DNA of 35,326 bases, from positions 1-35,326 of the forward strand of contig JACQSD010000025.1 in assembly GCA_016206165.1 (NCBI GenBank), in the 5' to 3' direction. Under the pieces are notes generated by a model that was not told the origin of the DNA, searched no databases, and was given only the letters and a program-made list of their open reading frames with translations. Shown here in pieces: positions 1-8,754 of this stretch. The first letter of the stretch is position 1. Every line of letters starts with the position of its first letter. Made by a program: the position numbers and the translations under genes. The DNA is from Candidatus Uhrbacteria bacterium. Lineage in GTDB: Bacteria; Patescibacteriota; Patescibacteriia; JACQSD01.

Positions 1-36
1 ACATCTGACATCTGACATCTGACATTTGACTGACAC
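1..36. repeat. 7-mer tandem repeat (ACATCTG)n inside the CDS
   Basis: acatctg acatctg acatctg acatttg ac; encodes QCQSNVRCQMSD on the minus strand. Confidence 0.9.
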
Positions 37-1943
37 TGGTAGTATTTTTTAAAACCGAATTCGCGGATGGCAGCGGCAGAGACCGCTTGATTTGCGAGGA
101 CAATATACGGCTCGCCACCTGCGTTGTCTTCGATCCAATGGACTGCGGCGATATCTGATTGGCTCGTATTGAACCCACGGCTTACCGAATAACTATCCAC
201 ATTCTGCGGATAGGTGAGGTAGAGCGACGCGGTCATCGCGAGTGCAAGCACTGCAGGCGCTCCCGCTGCTATTGCAGACCTCACCCATCTCCCTCTCCTC
301 ATAGGAGAGGGGCCGAAGGCGGGCCGAGCTGGCACAGGCCCAGGGAAGGGTGAGGTTTCCAGAACGACAGCAGAAAGTATTTTGTCTATCCACCAGTCGA
401 ATCCAATGAGGAAGAAGGGGATGAGGAAGAAGTATGCGATGTCGAGCAGGCGATCTGCGTAATCGGTTTGTTCGTAGCCGATTAAAAAATTGAAGGAGAG
501 GAATCCAGCCATGAAGATGTATGATACGAGGAGGATGAAGAAACACCTGACACCTGACACTTGACACCTGACACCTTTTTTATTTTTCCACCACGAGATA
601 AATCCAGTGATGATAAAGAACCAGAAGATATTTTTTGCATTAAAAGCGTAAAAGTAGAGAAGGTCCCATGGTGCGTGGAAACGATTTTCACGATAGATAC
701 CCGTCCATTCAATCGATTGGAGCCAATGGAGAAAGTTTTGTGGCGCCCAGGTGATATGGATCGAGGAAGAGAATTGGGCAATGAGGAGGAAGGCAGCAGG
801 GATAGCAGTGGCAGCAAACACATAACACATAACACAGAACACATAACTTTTTTTTGATTGGATGAGGCGGAGCAGTAAGAGAATAAATGCAGGAATACCG
901 GCAAGTGGGTGAACGAGCAGTATAGCGAGCGCAATGAGCCAGTTTGTTATATGTTTTGTGTTATATGCTATATGAAATATGAGAACGACAAGTAACAAAT
1001 TCGCAAGCGCCTGCGGTGTGGTGATGGTGAATTGAGCAAGGAAAAAAGGAAGGAGGAGTATTCCGAATATGGAGTATGCGCGCTCAGGGTCCTGCCGCTC
1101 CGTACCCCCATCGTGCTCGCTGTCGCTCCGCGCGAATGGGGGGCCCCCACTCCGCGTCACCCTTCGCTTCCACCAATGCCCGATTGCCCACGGAATGAAC
1201 AGTGCAGCAAGGATGGGAACAAGGAGTGTATCGATCCACGCGATCGAGACAGAGAGAAATTTCGAGAGAAAAACAACGAGACTGTATTGTCCAATGTAGT
1301 AGAGCGGTTTTGGAGTCACCACACCCTCTACTGCAATCAATTTTTCCGTCGCTTGATGAATGAACGAATCAAAGCCGTAGCCGATCGGGAAGACTATCCA
1401 TCCGATTGATACAATGAGAAAAAAGAGGAGTGCGATAATACGAATCGTCGATTTGATCGACGGGTTATCGCGATACGCATGGACGAGGTAAATGCCAAAA
1501 CAAGAGAGGAGAAAGAATAATGGGAAAATAATCCATGGAATTCGGTCCCACGGCGACCGCACCGCATCAGTGATCGGGGATCGTGCGAGGATGGCGATGA
1601 TCGTGATGAACAAAGCGACGAAGAGTGCGAAAATAATTTCCACCTTTGGGCGACTGCGGTACCACGCCACTTGATCGGCTGCGAAGGTACGAATATCGCG
1701 GAGCACTGCAACAAAGGTTCGCTTGAGGAGGAGGAATGTGATGATGAGTCCCGTGCTCATGAGTGCGATGACGAAGAAGGGGAGCCCCACGATGTAATAG
1801 AAAATCGTCCCTACAATACTCAAGCTCGAAATGAGCGTGAGTATGCCAATTCCTGAATAGAAAACAATGCTTTCGCTCGGGTAAAGCCGTTTTCCAATCG
1901 TCAGGCCTAGCGCAAGGAGAAAGAGAATACTGATGAATGTCAT
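1..1943 (-). CDS. Large polytopic membrane protein (CPR-type, possibly GT-C fold); 3' end runs off the window
   Basis: Missing from the ORF track because it has no stop in the window. Manual translation from ATG at 1943 (MTFISILFLLALGLTIGK...) gives many hydrophobic segments and motifs GYGFDSFIHQATE, SLYLTYP and YIVLANQAVSAAAIREFGFKKYY, staying open to base 3. TGcTATACT lies about 8 nt upstream of the ATG. Confidence 0.85.
   Translation of the reverse strand, partial: MTFISILFLLALGLTIGKRLYPSESIVFYSGIGILTLISSLSIVGTIFYYIVGLPFFVIALMSTGLIITFLLLKRTFVAVLRDIRTFAADQVAWYRSRPKVEIIFALFVALFITIIAILARSPITDAVRSPWDRIPWIIFPLFFLLSCFGIYLVHAYRDNPSIKSTIRIIALLFFLIVSIGWIVFPIGYGFDSFIHQATEKLIAVEGVVTPKPLYYIGQYSLVVFLSKFLSVSIAWIDTLLVPILAALFIPWAIGHWWKRRVTRSGGPPFARSDSEHDGGTERQDPERAYSIFGILLLPFFLAQFTITTPQALANLLLVVLIFHIAYNTKHITNWLIALAILLVHPLAGIPAFILLLLRLIQSKKSYVFCVMCYVFAATAIPAAFLLIAQFSSSIHITWAPQNFLHWLQSIEWTGIYRENRFHAPWDLLYFYAFNAKNIFWFFIITGFISWWKNKKGVRCQVSGVRCFFILLVSYIFMAGFLSFNFLIGYEQTDYADRLLDIAYFFLIPFFLIGFDWWIDKILSAVVLETSPFPGPVPARPAFGPSPMRRGRWVRSAIAAGAPAVLALAMTASLYLTYPQNVDSYSVSRGFNTSQSDIAAVHWIEDNAGGEPYIVLANQAVSAAAIREFGFKKYYQCQSNVRCQMSD
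278..356. repeat. REP/BoxC-like palindromic element, in frame within the CDS
   Basis: acctcaccc (278-286) pairs with gggtgaggt (348-356); inner hairpin ccctctcct-cat-aggagaggg; related copy at 11720-11755. Confidence 0.75.
543..575. repeat. 7-mer tandem repeat (ACACCTG)n inside the CDS
   Basis: acacctg acacctg acacttg acacctg acacc; encodes GVRCQVSGVRC. Confidence 0.9.
817..974. repeat. Inverted pair of 7-mer repeat patches, (AACACAT)n at 817-848 and (TGTTATA)n at 945-974
   Basis: aacacat aacacat aacacag aacacat aac ... tgttata tgttttg tgttata tgctata tg. Confidence 0.8.
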
Positions 1944-1975
1944 ACGCTTTCAGTATAGCAGACTTTACAAAATCT

Positions 1976-2004
1976 TTGACAGAATGGTTTTTTTGTGGTA
2001 GGAT
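1976..2004 (+). promoter_or_regulatory. Sigma70-type promoter
   Basis: TTGACA-17 bp-TAGGAT with TG extension, upstream of ATG 2039. Confidence 0.7.
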
Positions 2005-2038
2005 TTTGTCAATAAGATCGCAGCATTATTTTTTTAGT

Positions 2039-3004
2039 ATGTATAAACCAGACTCCGAACCAAAACGACGAATACATGACGGGAATCTTTTAACGTTCCT
2101 GCGCGATGCTGCGGAGCCAAATGGCGCCGATGCCTATGATTGCGACCCTGTTGCTGGATATATCAGTGAGGTGCATGTCATCCAAGGTCCAATGAAGGCT
2201 GCGCATGCAACGAGGCTTGCGCGTATTCAGGAAAACGCTACAGCGCGACAGGAACGACAGGAGGGGGAATTTCGGGAAGAATTTGGGAACGTACGTGGCC
2301 AACGACGTGCGGAAGGGAAAGAGCAAGCGGATGTCGATGGGGAACTCTATGTGCGCATGGTGACCGCACTGAACCAGGCGAATGCATGGCTTGGAGTTGA
2401 TGGGCACCTTTCGGTGACACACAAAAGCGATGATTGGACAAAAGGGAGTGATCTTATTCTCACATTGCCGGGCCCAAATGGGCAGCCAGTGCGACTTGCC
2501 ATTGATATGACGGTTGCAAAAAGTGATGACGTTGTGAATAAAAAACTTGATCGTATTTTCGAAACAATAAAAGATGGAAAGATGACAACCGTCGAGTATT
2601 TTGAGGATCCAGAGACGCACCAGAAGGAAAAACTTGAAATGATTCCGCGTGTGGTGGTCCCGATTGGTGAGGAGGGTCTGCAAAAATTACGGGACATCAC
2701 GGCACAGTTTTTTTCTGGAGAGAAGCGTGTGTGGGGTGAAGAGACGGGATTTCCAAAAGCTTTTCTTGATACCATCATTGGAGAATTGGAAGGATTCATT
2801 CACGTGCTTGAGCGTGCTGCGGCTGCAAAGACACTTCCTGACAAGGCAATGAAGAACAAGGATCACATGATTGAAAAGATGCGCGTGATCCTCGCGCCGC
2901 TTCGCGAGCTCCGAAATTCGAAAGACATTACAAAGCTCGGGAGATGGGAATTGGATGAGCGGCAACTCTATGTGTTGGATTATGTACAAGGGCTCGCTGC
3001 ATAA
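2039..3004 (+). CDS. Hypothetical protein, possible PD-(D/E)xK-like fold
   Basis: Long ORF; start moved to ATG 2039 (MYKPDSE), downstream of the promoter; motif DDWTKGSDLIL...LAIDMT. Confidence 0.75.
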   Translation: MYKPDSEPKRRIHDGNLLTFLRDAAEPNGADAYDCDPVAGYISEVHVIQGPMKAAHATRLARIQENATARQERQEGEFREEFGNVRGQRRAEGKEQADVDGELYVRMVTALNQANAWLGVDGHLSVTHKSDDWTKGSDLILTLPGPNGQPVRLAIDMTVAKSDDVVNKKLDRIFETIKDGKMTTVEYFEDPETHQKEKLEMIPRVVVPIGEEGLQKLRDITAQFFSGEKRVWGEETGFPKAFLDTIIGELEGFIHVLERAAAAKTLPDKAMKNKDHMIEKMRVILAPLRELRNSKDITKLGRWELDERQLYVLDYVQGLAA

Positions 3005-3031
3005 CCATATTTTTCATTTTGAATAAAAGGT

Positions 3032-3060
3032 GAAGGCGCTTCTTTAAGGGAAGCGCCTTC
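3032..3060. terminator. Hairpin between convergent genes (probable bidirectional terminator)
   Basis: gaaggcgcttc-tttaagg-gaagcgccttc, perfect 11-bp stem. Confidence 0.75.
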
Positions 3061-3243
3061 TTAGTTTGGCCGTTCGCGGGCCGCTTTCTCGGCGGCGAGT
3101 TGCGCGAGCCATTCCTCGATCTTCCGCCGCATGAGTGGGCGAATATCGGGGATGATCTCGCAGTCTGGGTGCAGGGGGAGTGGATGCTCCCCTGGTATTG
3201 CTGGGCCACGGGGGGCCCAGCGCTCGTTGCTCTGGTCCCCCAT
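3061..3243 (-). CDS. Small hypothetical protein (60 aa)
   Basis: Strong SD (AAAGGAGG) before the ATG, upstream promoter, stop abuts the hairpin. Confidence 0.7.
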   Translation of the reverse strand: MGDQSNERWAPRGPAIPGEHPLPLHPDCEIIPDIRPLMRRKIEEWLAQLAAEKAARERPN

Positions 3244-3286
3244 GGAGGGCCTCCTTTCCCTTTATTTTGTGCCTCCCAAGCCTTCT

Positions 3287-3315
3287 ACCCTAGAGTATAC
3301 GCCATATTCTGTCAA
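3287..3315 (-). promoter_or_regulatory. Sigma70-type promoter for the 60-aa ORF
   Basis: TTGACA (3315-3310)-17 bp-TAGGGT (3292-3287). Confidence 0.55.
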
Positions 3316-3519
3316 GTTCTTTCACGGGTTGAGGATAGCCTGTGGATTACTCCCTCTTGACGGCATTTTGGAAAGCGCGTAGGCAGTAAATTACCGTCGC
3401 AAATTTTCGTTCCTTTCAATCAACCCAAACCAACCAGTTTAAAACTGGATTCGACAAGGGTTACGAGATCAAGCAGGACACCCACATGTTTCTCGCAGAG
3501 AGAAACACGCCTCGAGCAA

Positions 3520-3921
3520 TTGAGCCCTCTTCTCGCCAAGGAAGGTGACGACGGGAAATCAACCCGACGCCGCTCGACAAAGCAGGAAGTATCTCCGGCT
3601 CCGCCTCCAAACGGAACCCGGGAGAAAGCCAAGGCTCAATTGGCACGAGATCGCAACTCTTCGGAGTGGCGATTAAGGAAATGGGTAGAGGCTTACCAAA
3701 GAGGACAGATTCCACAATGTGGCTGCCTCCGGGTAGCTTCAGCGAGGAATCCCAGCAAACGGACCATGGTATACACGGTTCTGGTCACCTCTCTTGGTTC
3801 AACCTGCTGCGCAAAGGATACTCTTCCGACCAGATCGATGCAGATGACGCGGGATGATAACTGCGTCCAAAGCATACACGAGGTCGGAACGAAAATCCTA
3901 AAGCGCGAGTCTCAAACCTGA
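3520..3921 (+). CDS. Hypothetical protein (uncertain)
   Basis: 133-aa ORF with TTG start, no recognisable motif or clear SD. Confidence 0.35.
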   Translation: MSPLLAKEGDDGKSTRRRSTKQEVSPAPPPNGTREKAKAQLARDRNSSEWRLRKWVEAYQRGQIPQCGCLRVASARNPSKRTMVYTVLVTSLGSTCCAKDTLPTRSMQMTRDDNCVQSIHEVGTKILKRESQT

Positions 3922-4283
3922 GAGTGTGAGAAGAAGGTCATTAAGAGACCTTCGGAACCTTCTCACAATACTCTCTCCCCATCTGGAACCCCCCATGAAT
4001 TCCAATGCCAATGGAAACGCTCCCGTAAAACGGAGAATATTCAACGGCAACGGAAGGGCCTGAACGAGTCGACGGACTCAATTAGGACTCAAATAGGGAA
4101 AACCAGATCGATCAACGGGGAAAAACCTCGACATACGGCTCGGGTATCAGTCTTCCTGCTCCAGGAAGCACCCGAGCAATCCTGAATATGTTTCGTTACC
4201 AAGAGCTGCAAACTCAAGGCGACGGAATACTTCCCCCCATAAGGGATAGGGAAAACGTATGTGCCCTTTGTCGAATCTTCTTC

Positions 4284-4337
4284 GGCCCAGGTAGTAAACT
4301 CGCAACGCGAGTGGACTACCTGGGCCTTCTTTTTTTG
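4284..4337 (+). terminator. Rho-independent terminator
   Basis: ggcccaggtagt...actacctgggcc 12-bp stem with inner actcgc/gcgagt stem, followed by ttcttttttt. Confidence 0.85.
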
Positions 4338-4368
4338 TAACCGGCCATGCGTGCTATACTGTAGAGAC

Positions 4369-4959
4369 ATGCGATTTCAGTCATCTCAACGATCACACGA
4401 GCAACTCTTTTTTACTGATCGCCTGCTTGCGGCGACGGTGTTGCGTTTGTTTCCACGATGGGTGCGGCCGAATGATGTGACCGTATTCCGGATGCTCGCG
4501 ACGCCGTTTGTGTTGTGGTTGATCATCGTGCAGAATTACGTGTGGGGAATTCCTGTTTTTTTGCTTGTCGCGTTTACCGATGCGATCGATGGCGCGCTCG
4601 CGCGGACACGCAATCAAATTACCGATTGGGGGAAGCTCTATGATCCGCTTGCGGATAAACTACTCATTGGTTCGGTTGTTGCTGTTGTTGTCCTCCAACA
4701 TCTTGATCTCTGGCTTGGCATAGCGATTCTCGGCATTGAAAGTACATTTATCCTTGGCGCATGGTATTTTAAGTGGAGAGGAATGATCGTGCAGGCGAAT
4801 GTGTGGGGGAAGATCAAGATGATTTTGGAAGTACTCGCCGTTTTCTTATTGCTCCTATCGCTCATGATGCAATGGCCATCACTCCTTCCATTTTCACAGG
4901 CGACATTTATGCTCGCGATCGCATTCGCCCTTGTTAGTTTAGTGACCTATGGAATTTAA
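4369..4959 (+). CDS. pgsA: CDP-alcohol phosphatidyltransferase (PgsA-like)
   Basis: PNDVTVFR and DAIDGALAR...TDWGKLYDPLADK match the DxxDGxxAR...GxxxDxxxD signature; WGKIK; TGcTATACT 8 nt before ATG 4369 (leaderless-like). Confidence 0.85.
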   Translation: MRFQSSQRSHEQLFFTDRLLAATVLRLFPRWVRPNDVTVFRMLATPFVLWLIIVQNYVWGIPVFLLVAFTDAIDGALARTRNQITDWGKLYDPLADKLLIGSVVAVVVLQHLDLWLGIAILGIESTFILGAWYFKWRGMIVQANVWGKIKMILEVLAVFLLLLSLMMQWPSLLPFSQATFMLAIAFALVSLVTYGI

Positions 4960-6610
4960 CGAAACGAAAGAACTGACAAACCAAAAAACGAAAGAACGTT
5001 CATCCGTTCATTCGTTCATCCGTTCATTCGTACCTTGGTCACACGCCTTCTTGATGGCTGGGGCAGTTTTGTTTTTTCTCGTCACATCGTATTTTTCATT
5101 TCAATTACAAAATCCATACAGCAGTCCGGATGAAACCGCGCAAGCCTACTTTATTCAACAGTATGCAACCACGGGAACGTTGCGCGTCGCGGAACCGTTG
5201 AATGCGGTCGTCGAGAATATTATCCATCCGCGGTCGATGAATGTGTTTGATCATGATCTTGTTCCAGGATCGTTTATTGGTCTCATTCTTATCTACGGAT
5301 GGATTGCCTGGTTGCTTGGGATGTGGGTAGTTCCTTTTTTAACGCCGCTCGTGGCGACATTTGGTGCGGTTGCTTTTTTCTCGATCGTTCGTTTCTTTTT
5401 TTCTGATCGTGTTGCACGGTGGTCATTTTTCATACTCCTCTTGCACCCGGCGTATGTGTACTACTCCTCGCGCTCACTTCTCTCAGCGAATGTTTTTTTC
5501 ATATCGATGCTCATGATTGGTGTCGCGGTACTCCTTACACACCACGAACGATGGACGGCATGGGCGATTGGTGGTGTTTCCATTGGCGCGAGTCTTATCG
5601 CACGCACAACGGAGGCCGGGTGGGTTCTGGGTGTATTTTTCCTTGTCATTCTTTATTTCCGGCAGCGCATTCACGTACGTCATCTCTTTATCTTTTTTTT
5701 CGCGGTGATCTTTGCTTTTCTTCCGGTGCTCGCACACCAAGCACTCCTGTACGGGCACGCACTGACCACAGGGTATGCGCAGGGAGGGGAGTCGATCGTG
5801 CCCCTCATCTCCCCATGGAGATTTTCATCGCCAGTGCGCGCAATCATCAGCGCATTTGTTCTTCCATTTGGGTTTGACGCTGCGAATATACTCAAGAATG
5901 CGTACGAGTATCTTGTCCTCCTTTTTTGGTGGTTGACGATTCCTGCACTCCTCGGGATTGTGATAATGATACGAAAGAACGAAAGGACGCGCGAACGAAA
6001 GAACAGTTCTTCCGTTTCTTGGTTCATCGGTTCTTTCGTTTTCATTGCTTTGTGGCTCGTCGTGTACTATGGCTCCTCTACGTTTCGTGATAGTCCGTTG
6101 CCATCGCCGACGATTGGAACAGCATATGTTCGTTACTGGCTTCCTCTTTTTGTGTTGAGCATCCCATTTATGGCTATTGCGTTTCAATCCATCACAACGC
6201 GTTGGTTTCAGACGTGTGTGGTTACGGCTTGTGCGCTCTTCTCGATCGCATCCACGTTTGTACTCACGCAGGAGAGTTTGTGGTGGATGCGTGCATCGAC
6301 CCGAAAACAGCGTGTGATCGCAGTAGAAATTTTGACCATTGTTCCATCGAATGGAGTCATTCTCACGGAAAGTTCAGACAAATTATTTTTTCCATCGCGC
6401 CGGGTGATGCAGTTTGATCCAAAAGAGCAACTGAAGATTGAGCGGTTGCTTGCCCGCGTTGCGGAGCGTGTGCCGGTGTATTTTTATACGAGCCTTGCGC
6501 CACGTGGAATTGAGTATTTGAATACGCGCCACCTTGCAAAGTATGGAGTAGCGTGGGAAGATGCAAAGAAAATAGGAGCGTTGACACTCTACAAATTACA
6601 ACGACAGTGA
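4949..6610 (+). CDS. Polytopic membrane glycosyltransferase (GT-C, PMT/ArnT-like)
   Basis: 553 aa, many TM segments, SPDE motif in the first loop, RYWLP motif, soluble C-terminus. Confidence 0.7.
   Translation: MEFNETKELTNQKTKERSSVHSFIRSFVPWSHAFLMAGAVLFFLVTSYFSFQLQNPYSSPDETAQAYFIQQYATTGTLRVAEPLNAVVENIIHPRSMNVFDHDLVPGSFIGLILIYGWIAWLLGMWVVPFLTPLVATFGAVAFFSIVRFFFSDRVARWSFFILLLHPAYVYYSSRSLLSANVFFISMLMIGVAVLLTHHERWTAWAIGGVSIGASLIARTTEAGWVLGVFFLVILYFRQRIHVRHLFIFFFAVIFAFLPVLAHQALLYGHALTTGYAQGGESIVPLISPWRFSSPVRAIISAFVLPFGFDAANILKNAYEYLVLLFWWLTIPALLGIVIMIRKNERTRERKNSSSVSWFIGSFVFIALWLVVYYGSSTFRDSPLPSPTIGTAYVRYWLPLFVLSIPFMAIAFQSITTRWFQTCVVTACALFSIASTFVLTQESLWWMRASTRKQRVIAVEILTIVPSNGVILTESSDKLFFPSRRVMQFDPKEQLKIERLLARVAERVPVYFYTSLAPRGIEYLNTRHLAKYGVAWEDAKKIGALTLYKLQRQ
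4958..5031. repeat. Head-to-head 8-mer repeat patch (AACGAAAG-like then CGTTCATY x4)
   Basis: aacgaaagaac ... cgttcatc cgttcatt cgttcatc cgttcatt cgt. Confidence 0.8.
5971..6040. repeat. Head-to-head 8-mer repeat patch, in frame within the CDS
   Basis: acgaaaga acgaaagg acgcgcga acgaaaga ac then gttcttcc gtttcttg gttcatcg gttctttc gtt. Confidence 0.8.
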
Positions 6611-6612
6611 AT

Positions 6613-7212
6613 ATGTCTTTTCGGCGCTTTCAATTCGTGATTCGCATTATACTCATCATCATCCCCGTGATTCTCTTTTTTTGGCTGCTTGCAAAAGATT
6701 TTGTGGTCACCGGAAGACTTGTCGTTGAATACGATTTTTCGAACGATTCACCATTCATTCGCCACCTGCGATCACCCGACAATGTTGGTCGGATTCAGCT
6801 GAATAAGGTCAATCGTGACTCTACACAAAGTATGAAGAGAGATCCGGTAACTTTTGACGTGCAACTCCCGCGTCGGTTTGTACGTACTATTGTTGAACTT
6901 CGCTACACAAAAAATCCGGAACAAGAGTTTCGTCTCGGTTTGCAGCGTCGAAAAGGAACGGTGAGTCCTGAACTCCATGATCTTGCTCTCGTTGGCACTG
7001 ATGGACCGTGGACGATCGGTACTGCAACATTTGATCATCTTGAGCGTTTTGATTTTTCGAAAGACCGATATCAATTTTTCTTGAGTGCACCAGGGCTCAC
7101 ACGATCAAAAGATCCCATTCTCTTGACCTCGATTCGGATCATCTTTGAACGTGAACCATGGACGATGAATAATTTTTTCCCACGCGTATGGAATTTCTTC
7201 AAAAGAAAATAG
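6613..7212 (+). CDS. Hypothetical protein with N-terminal membrane anchor
   Basis: ATG 2 nt after the upstream stop; MSFRRF followed by a hydrophobic helix and a beta-rich soluble domain. Confidence 0.75.
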   Translation: MSFRRFQFVIRIILIIIPVILFFWLLAKDFVVTGRLVVEYDFSNDSPFIRHLRSPDNVGRIQLNKVNRDSTQSMKRDPVTFDVQLPRRFVRTIVELRYTKNPEQEFRLGLQRRKGTVSPELHDLALVGTDGPWTIGTATFDHLERFDFSKDRYQFFLSAPGLTRSKDPILLTSIRIIFEREPWTMNNFFPRVWNFFKRK

Positions 7213-7430
7213 CAACCGATTTCTTGATACCGGTTATTCGTGATACATTCGTCATTAGTTTGTGCACATTCGTGTTCTACTTTTTCGCTGATATGGTGAA
7301 GCCAGGGCTTGTGACGAACTATGTTAACCTCAATGTGCTGTTGCTTTTTGTGATTGTTTCTGGTATCGTCACGGTACTTCTCTATGATCGACGGAGTGAA
7401 GATCAAACCAATGACGACGCACGCGGATGA
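7188..7430 (+). CDS. Small two-TM membrane protein
   Basis: 80 aa with two hydrophobic helices; fills the operon gap. Confidence 0.6.
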   Translation: MEFLQKKIATDFLIPVIRDTFVISLCTFVFYFFADMVKPGLVTNYVNLNVLLLFVIVSGIVTVLLYDRRSEDQTNDDARG

Positions 7431-7839
7431 TCGCGGATACTTCCGTGAGATTTTGCGTTCCGACGAAGGGCTCATGGATGTGTTTCGGCAGTCATCGATC
7501 ACGAAAACGAATCCTGGAGTCGTCAAAGCATTTCATTGGCACGCACGTCAAGAAGATTTTTGGTATGTCGTTGATGGTATGGCGCGTGCGGTGCTTTATG
7601 ATCGCCGTGATGAATCGCCGACAAAAGGAGAAACACAAACGGTTGTCATGGGAGAAGAGTATCCTGTCGGCCTTCTTATCCCCCGGGGCGTCGCGCATGG
7701 GTATCAGGTGCTTGGGGTAAAACCGGTCGTGCTCGTCTATTACACAACCGAATGCTACGACGTCAAAAATCCAGATGAGCTCCGGATCCCTTGGAATGAC
7801 CCGACGATCAATTACGATTGGACAATCAAAAATCGATGA
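7384..7839 (+). CDS. dTDP-4-dehydrorhamnose 3,5-epimerase family cupin (RmlC/SpsL-like)
   Basis: DDRGYFRE, GVVKAFHWH, LIPRGVAHGY, RIPWNDP. Confidence 0.85.
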   Translation: MIDGVKIKPMTTHADDRGYFREILRSDEGLMDVFRQSSITKTNPGVVKAFHWHARQEDFWYVVDGMARAVLYDRRDESPTKGETQTVVMGEEYPVGLLIPRGVAHGYQVLGVKPVVLVYYTTECYDVKNPDELRIPWNDPTINYDWTIKNR

Positions 7840-8753
7840 GCAAAGTCCTTCTCATTATTCTCGACGGATGGGGGATCGGGCCCATGAATGAGGCAAATGT
7901 TTTTTCGCACGTCGCGACACCGACATTTGATCATTGTGTTGCACACTACCCAGTGGCAGCACTCGCCGCATCTGGTGAGGCGGTCGGGCTTGCACCTGAC
8001 GAAGTGGGGAATTCAGAATCCGGGCACTGGAATTTAGGCACTGGCCAGCGTTTCCGCCCCGAGATTTGGAATACAACGATGATTCAGTCGACGACGTCGC
8101 TCGGCGCTGTCATTGCGCGCGCTGGGAAAAAGCAGCTGCATATTTCGGAAACAGAGAAGTACGTCCACGCGACGTATTTTTTTAATGGTGGACATGCGTC
8201 TCCATTTCAAGGAGAAGATGACATCCTTGTCCCATCACCAAAAGTTTCTTCGTACGACGAGAAACCTGCGATGAGTGCACGCCTCATCACACGGCGTTTG
8301 GTGCAGGCGCTCGAGAGCGGCGTCTATGATTTTTTTGTCGTCAATTATCCGAACCTCGACATCATTGCACACACCGGAAACCGTGCCGCAGTGATCAAAG
8401 CGCTTGCCATTATTGATCGCGAACTCGCGCTCGTCACCGCAACTGCGCTGCAGCACGGGGTGACCATACTCATGACTGCGGATCATGGGAACATTGAGCA
8501 GATCACCGAGGCGGATAACAACACTGCGCATCGCACCCATACGTTCGCGCCAGTTCCATTCATTTTTGCTCGTCCGGATCTTGAGCGTCGTCGCTTTGTT
8601 GATGCGCCAGTGATCACCCGTGACCTTTCTCCACTTCCTGTTGTCGGCGCACTTCGGGATGTTCCAGTCACCATCCTTGAGTTGCTTGGGCTTGAAAAGC
8701 CGATGGGCATGGAAGGAGCGTCATTGACACGCCTCCTTCCGAAAGGAGTGTAG
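7836..8753 (+). CDS. Cofactor-independent phosphoglycerate mutase-like metalloenzyme lacking the internal substrate-binding domain
   Basis: ILDGWG, GNSESGH (catalytic Ser), ETEKYVHATYFFNGG, NLDIIAHTG, TADHGN, THT; about 305 aa versus ~510 aa for GpmI. Confidence 0.8.
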   Translation: MSKVLLIILDGWGIGPMNEANVFSHVATPTFDHCVAHYPVAALAASGEAVGLAPDEVGNSESGHWNLGTGQRFRPEIWNTTMIQSTTSLGAVIARAGKKQLHISETEKYVHATYFFNGGHASPFQGEDDILVPSPKVSSYDEKPAMSARLITRRLVQALESGVYDFFVVNYPNLDIIAHTGNRAAVIKALAIIDRELALVTATALQHGVTILMTADHGNIEQITEADNNTAHRTHTFAPVPFIFARPDLERRRFVDAPVITRDLSPLPVVGALRDVPVTILELLGLEKPMGMEGASLTRLLPKGV

Positions 8754-8754
8754 T

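Noticed and set aside
1937-2038. Upstream start of the 355-aa ORF (similar extensions at 4261, 6553, 20239, 25849 and 33896)
   Set aside because: These extensions overlap promoters, terminators, palindromes or neighbouring genes; the downstream starts fit better.
3445-3460. tmRNA 5' end (CTGGATTCGAC)
   Set aside because: Lacks the preceding GGGG acceptor strand and any downstream T-arm/CCA end.
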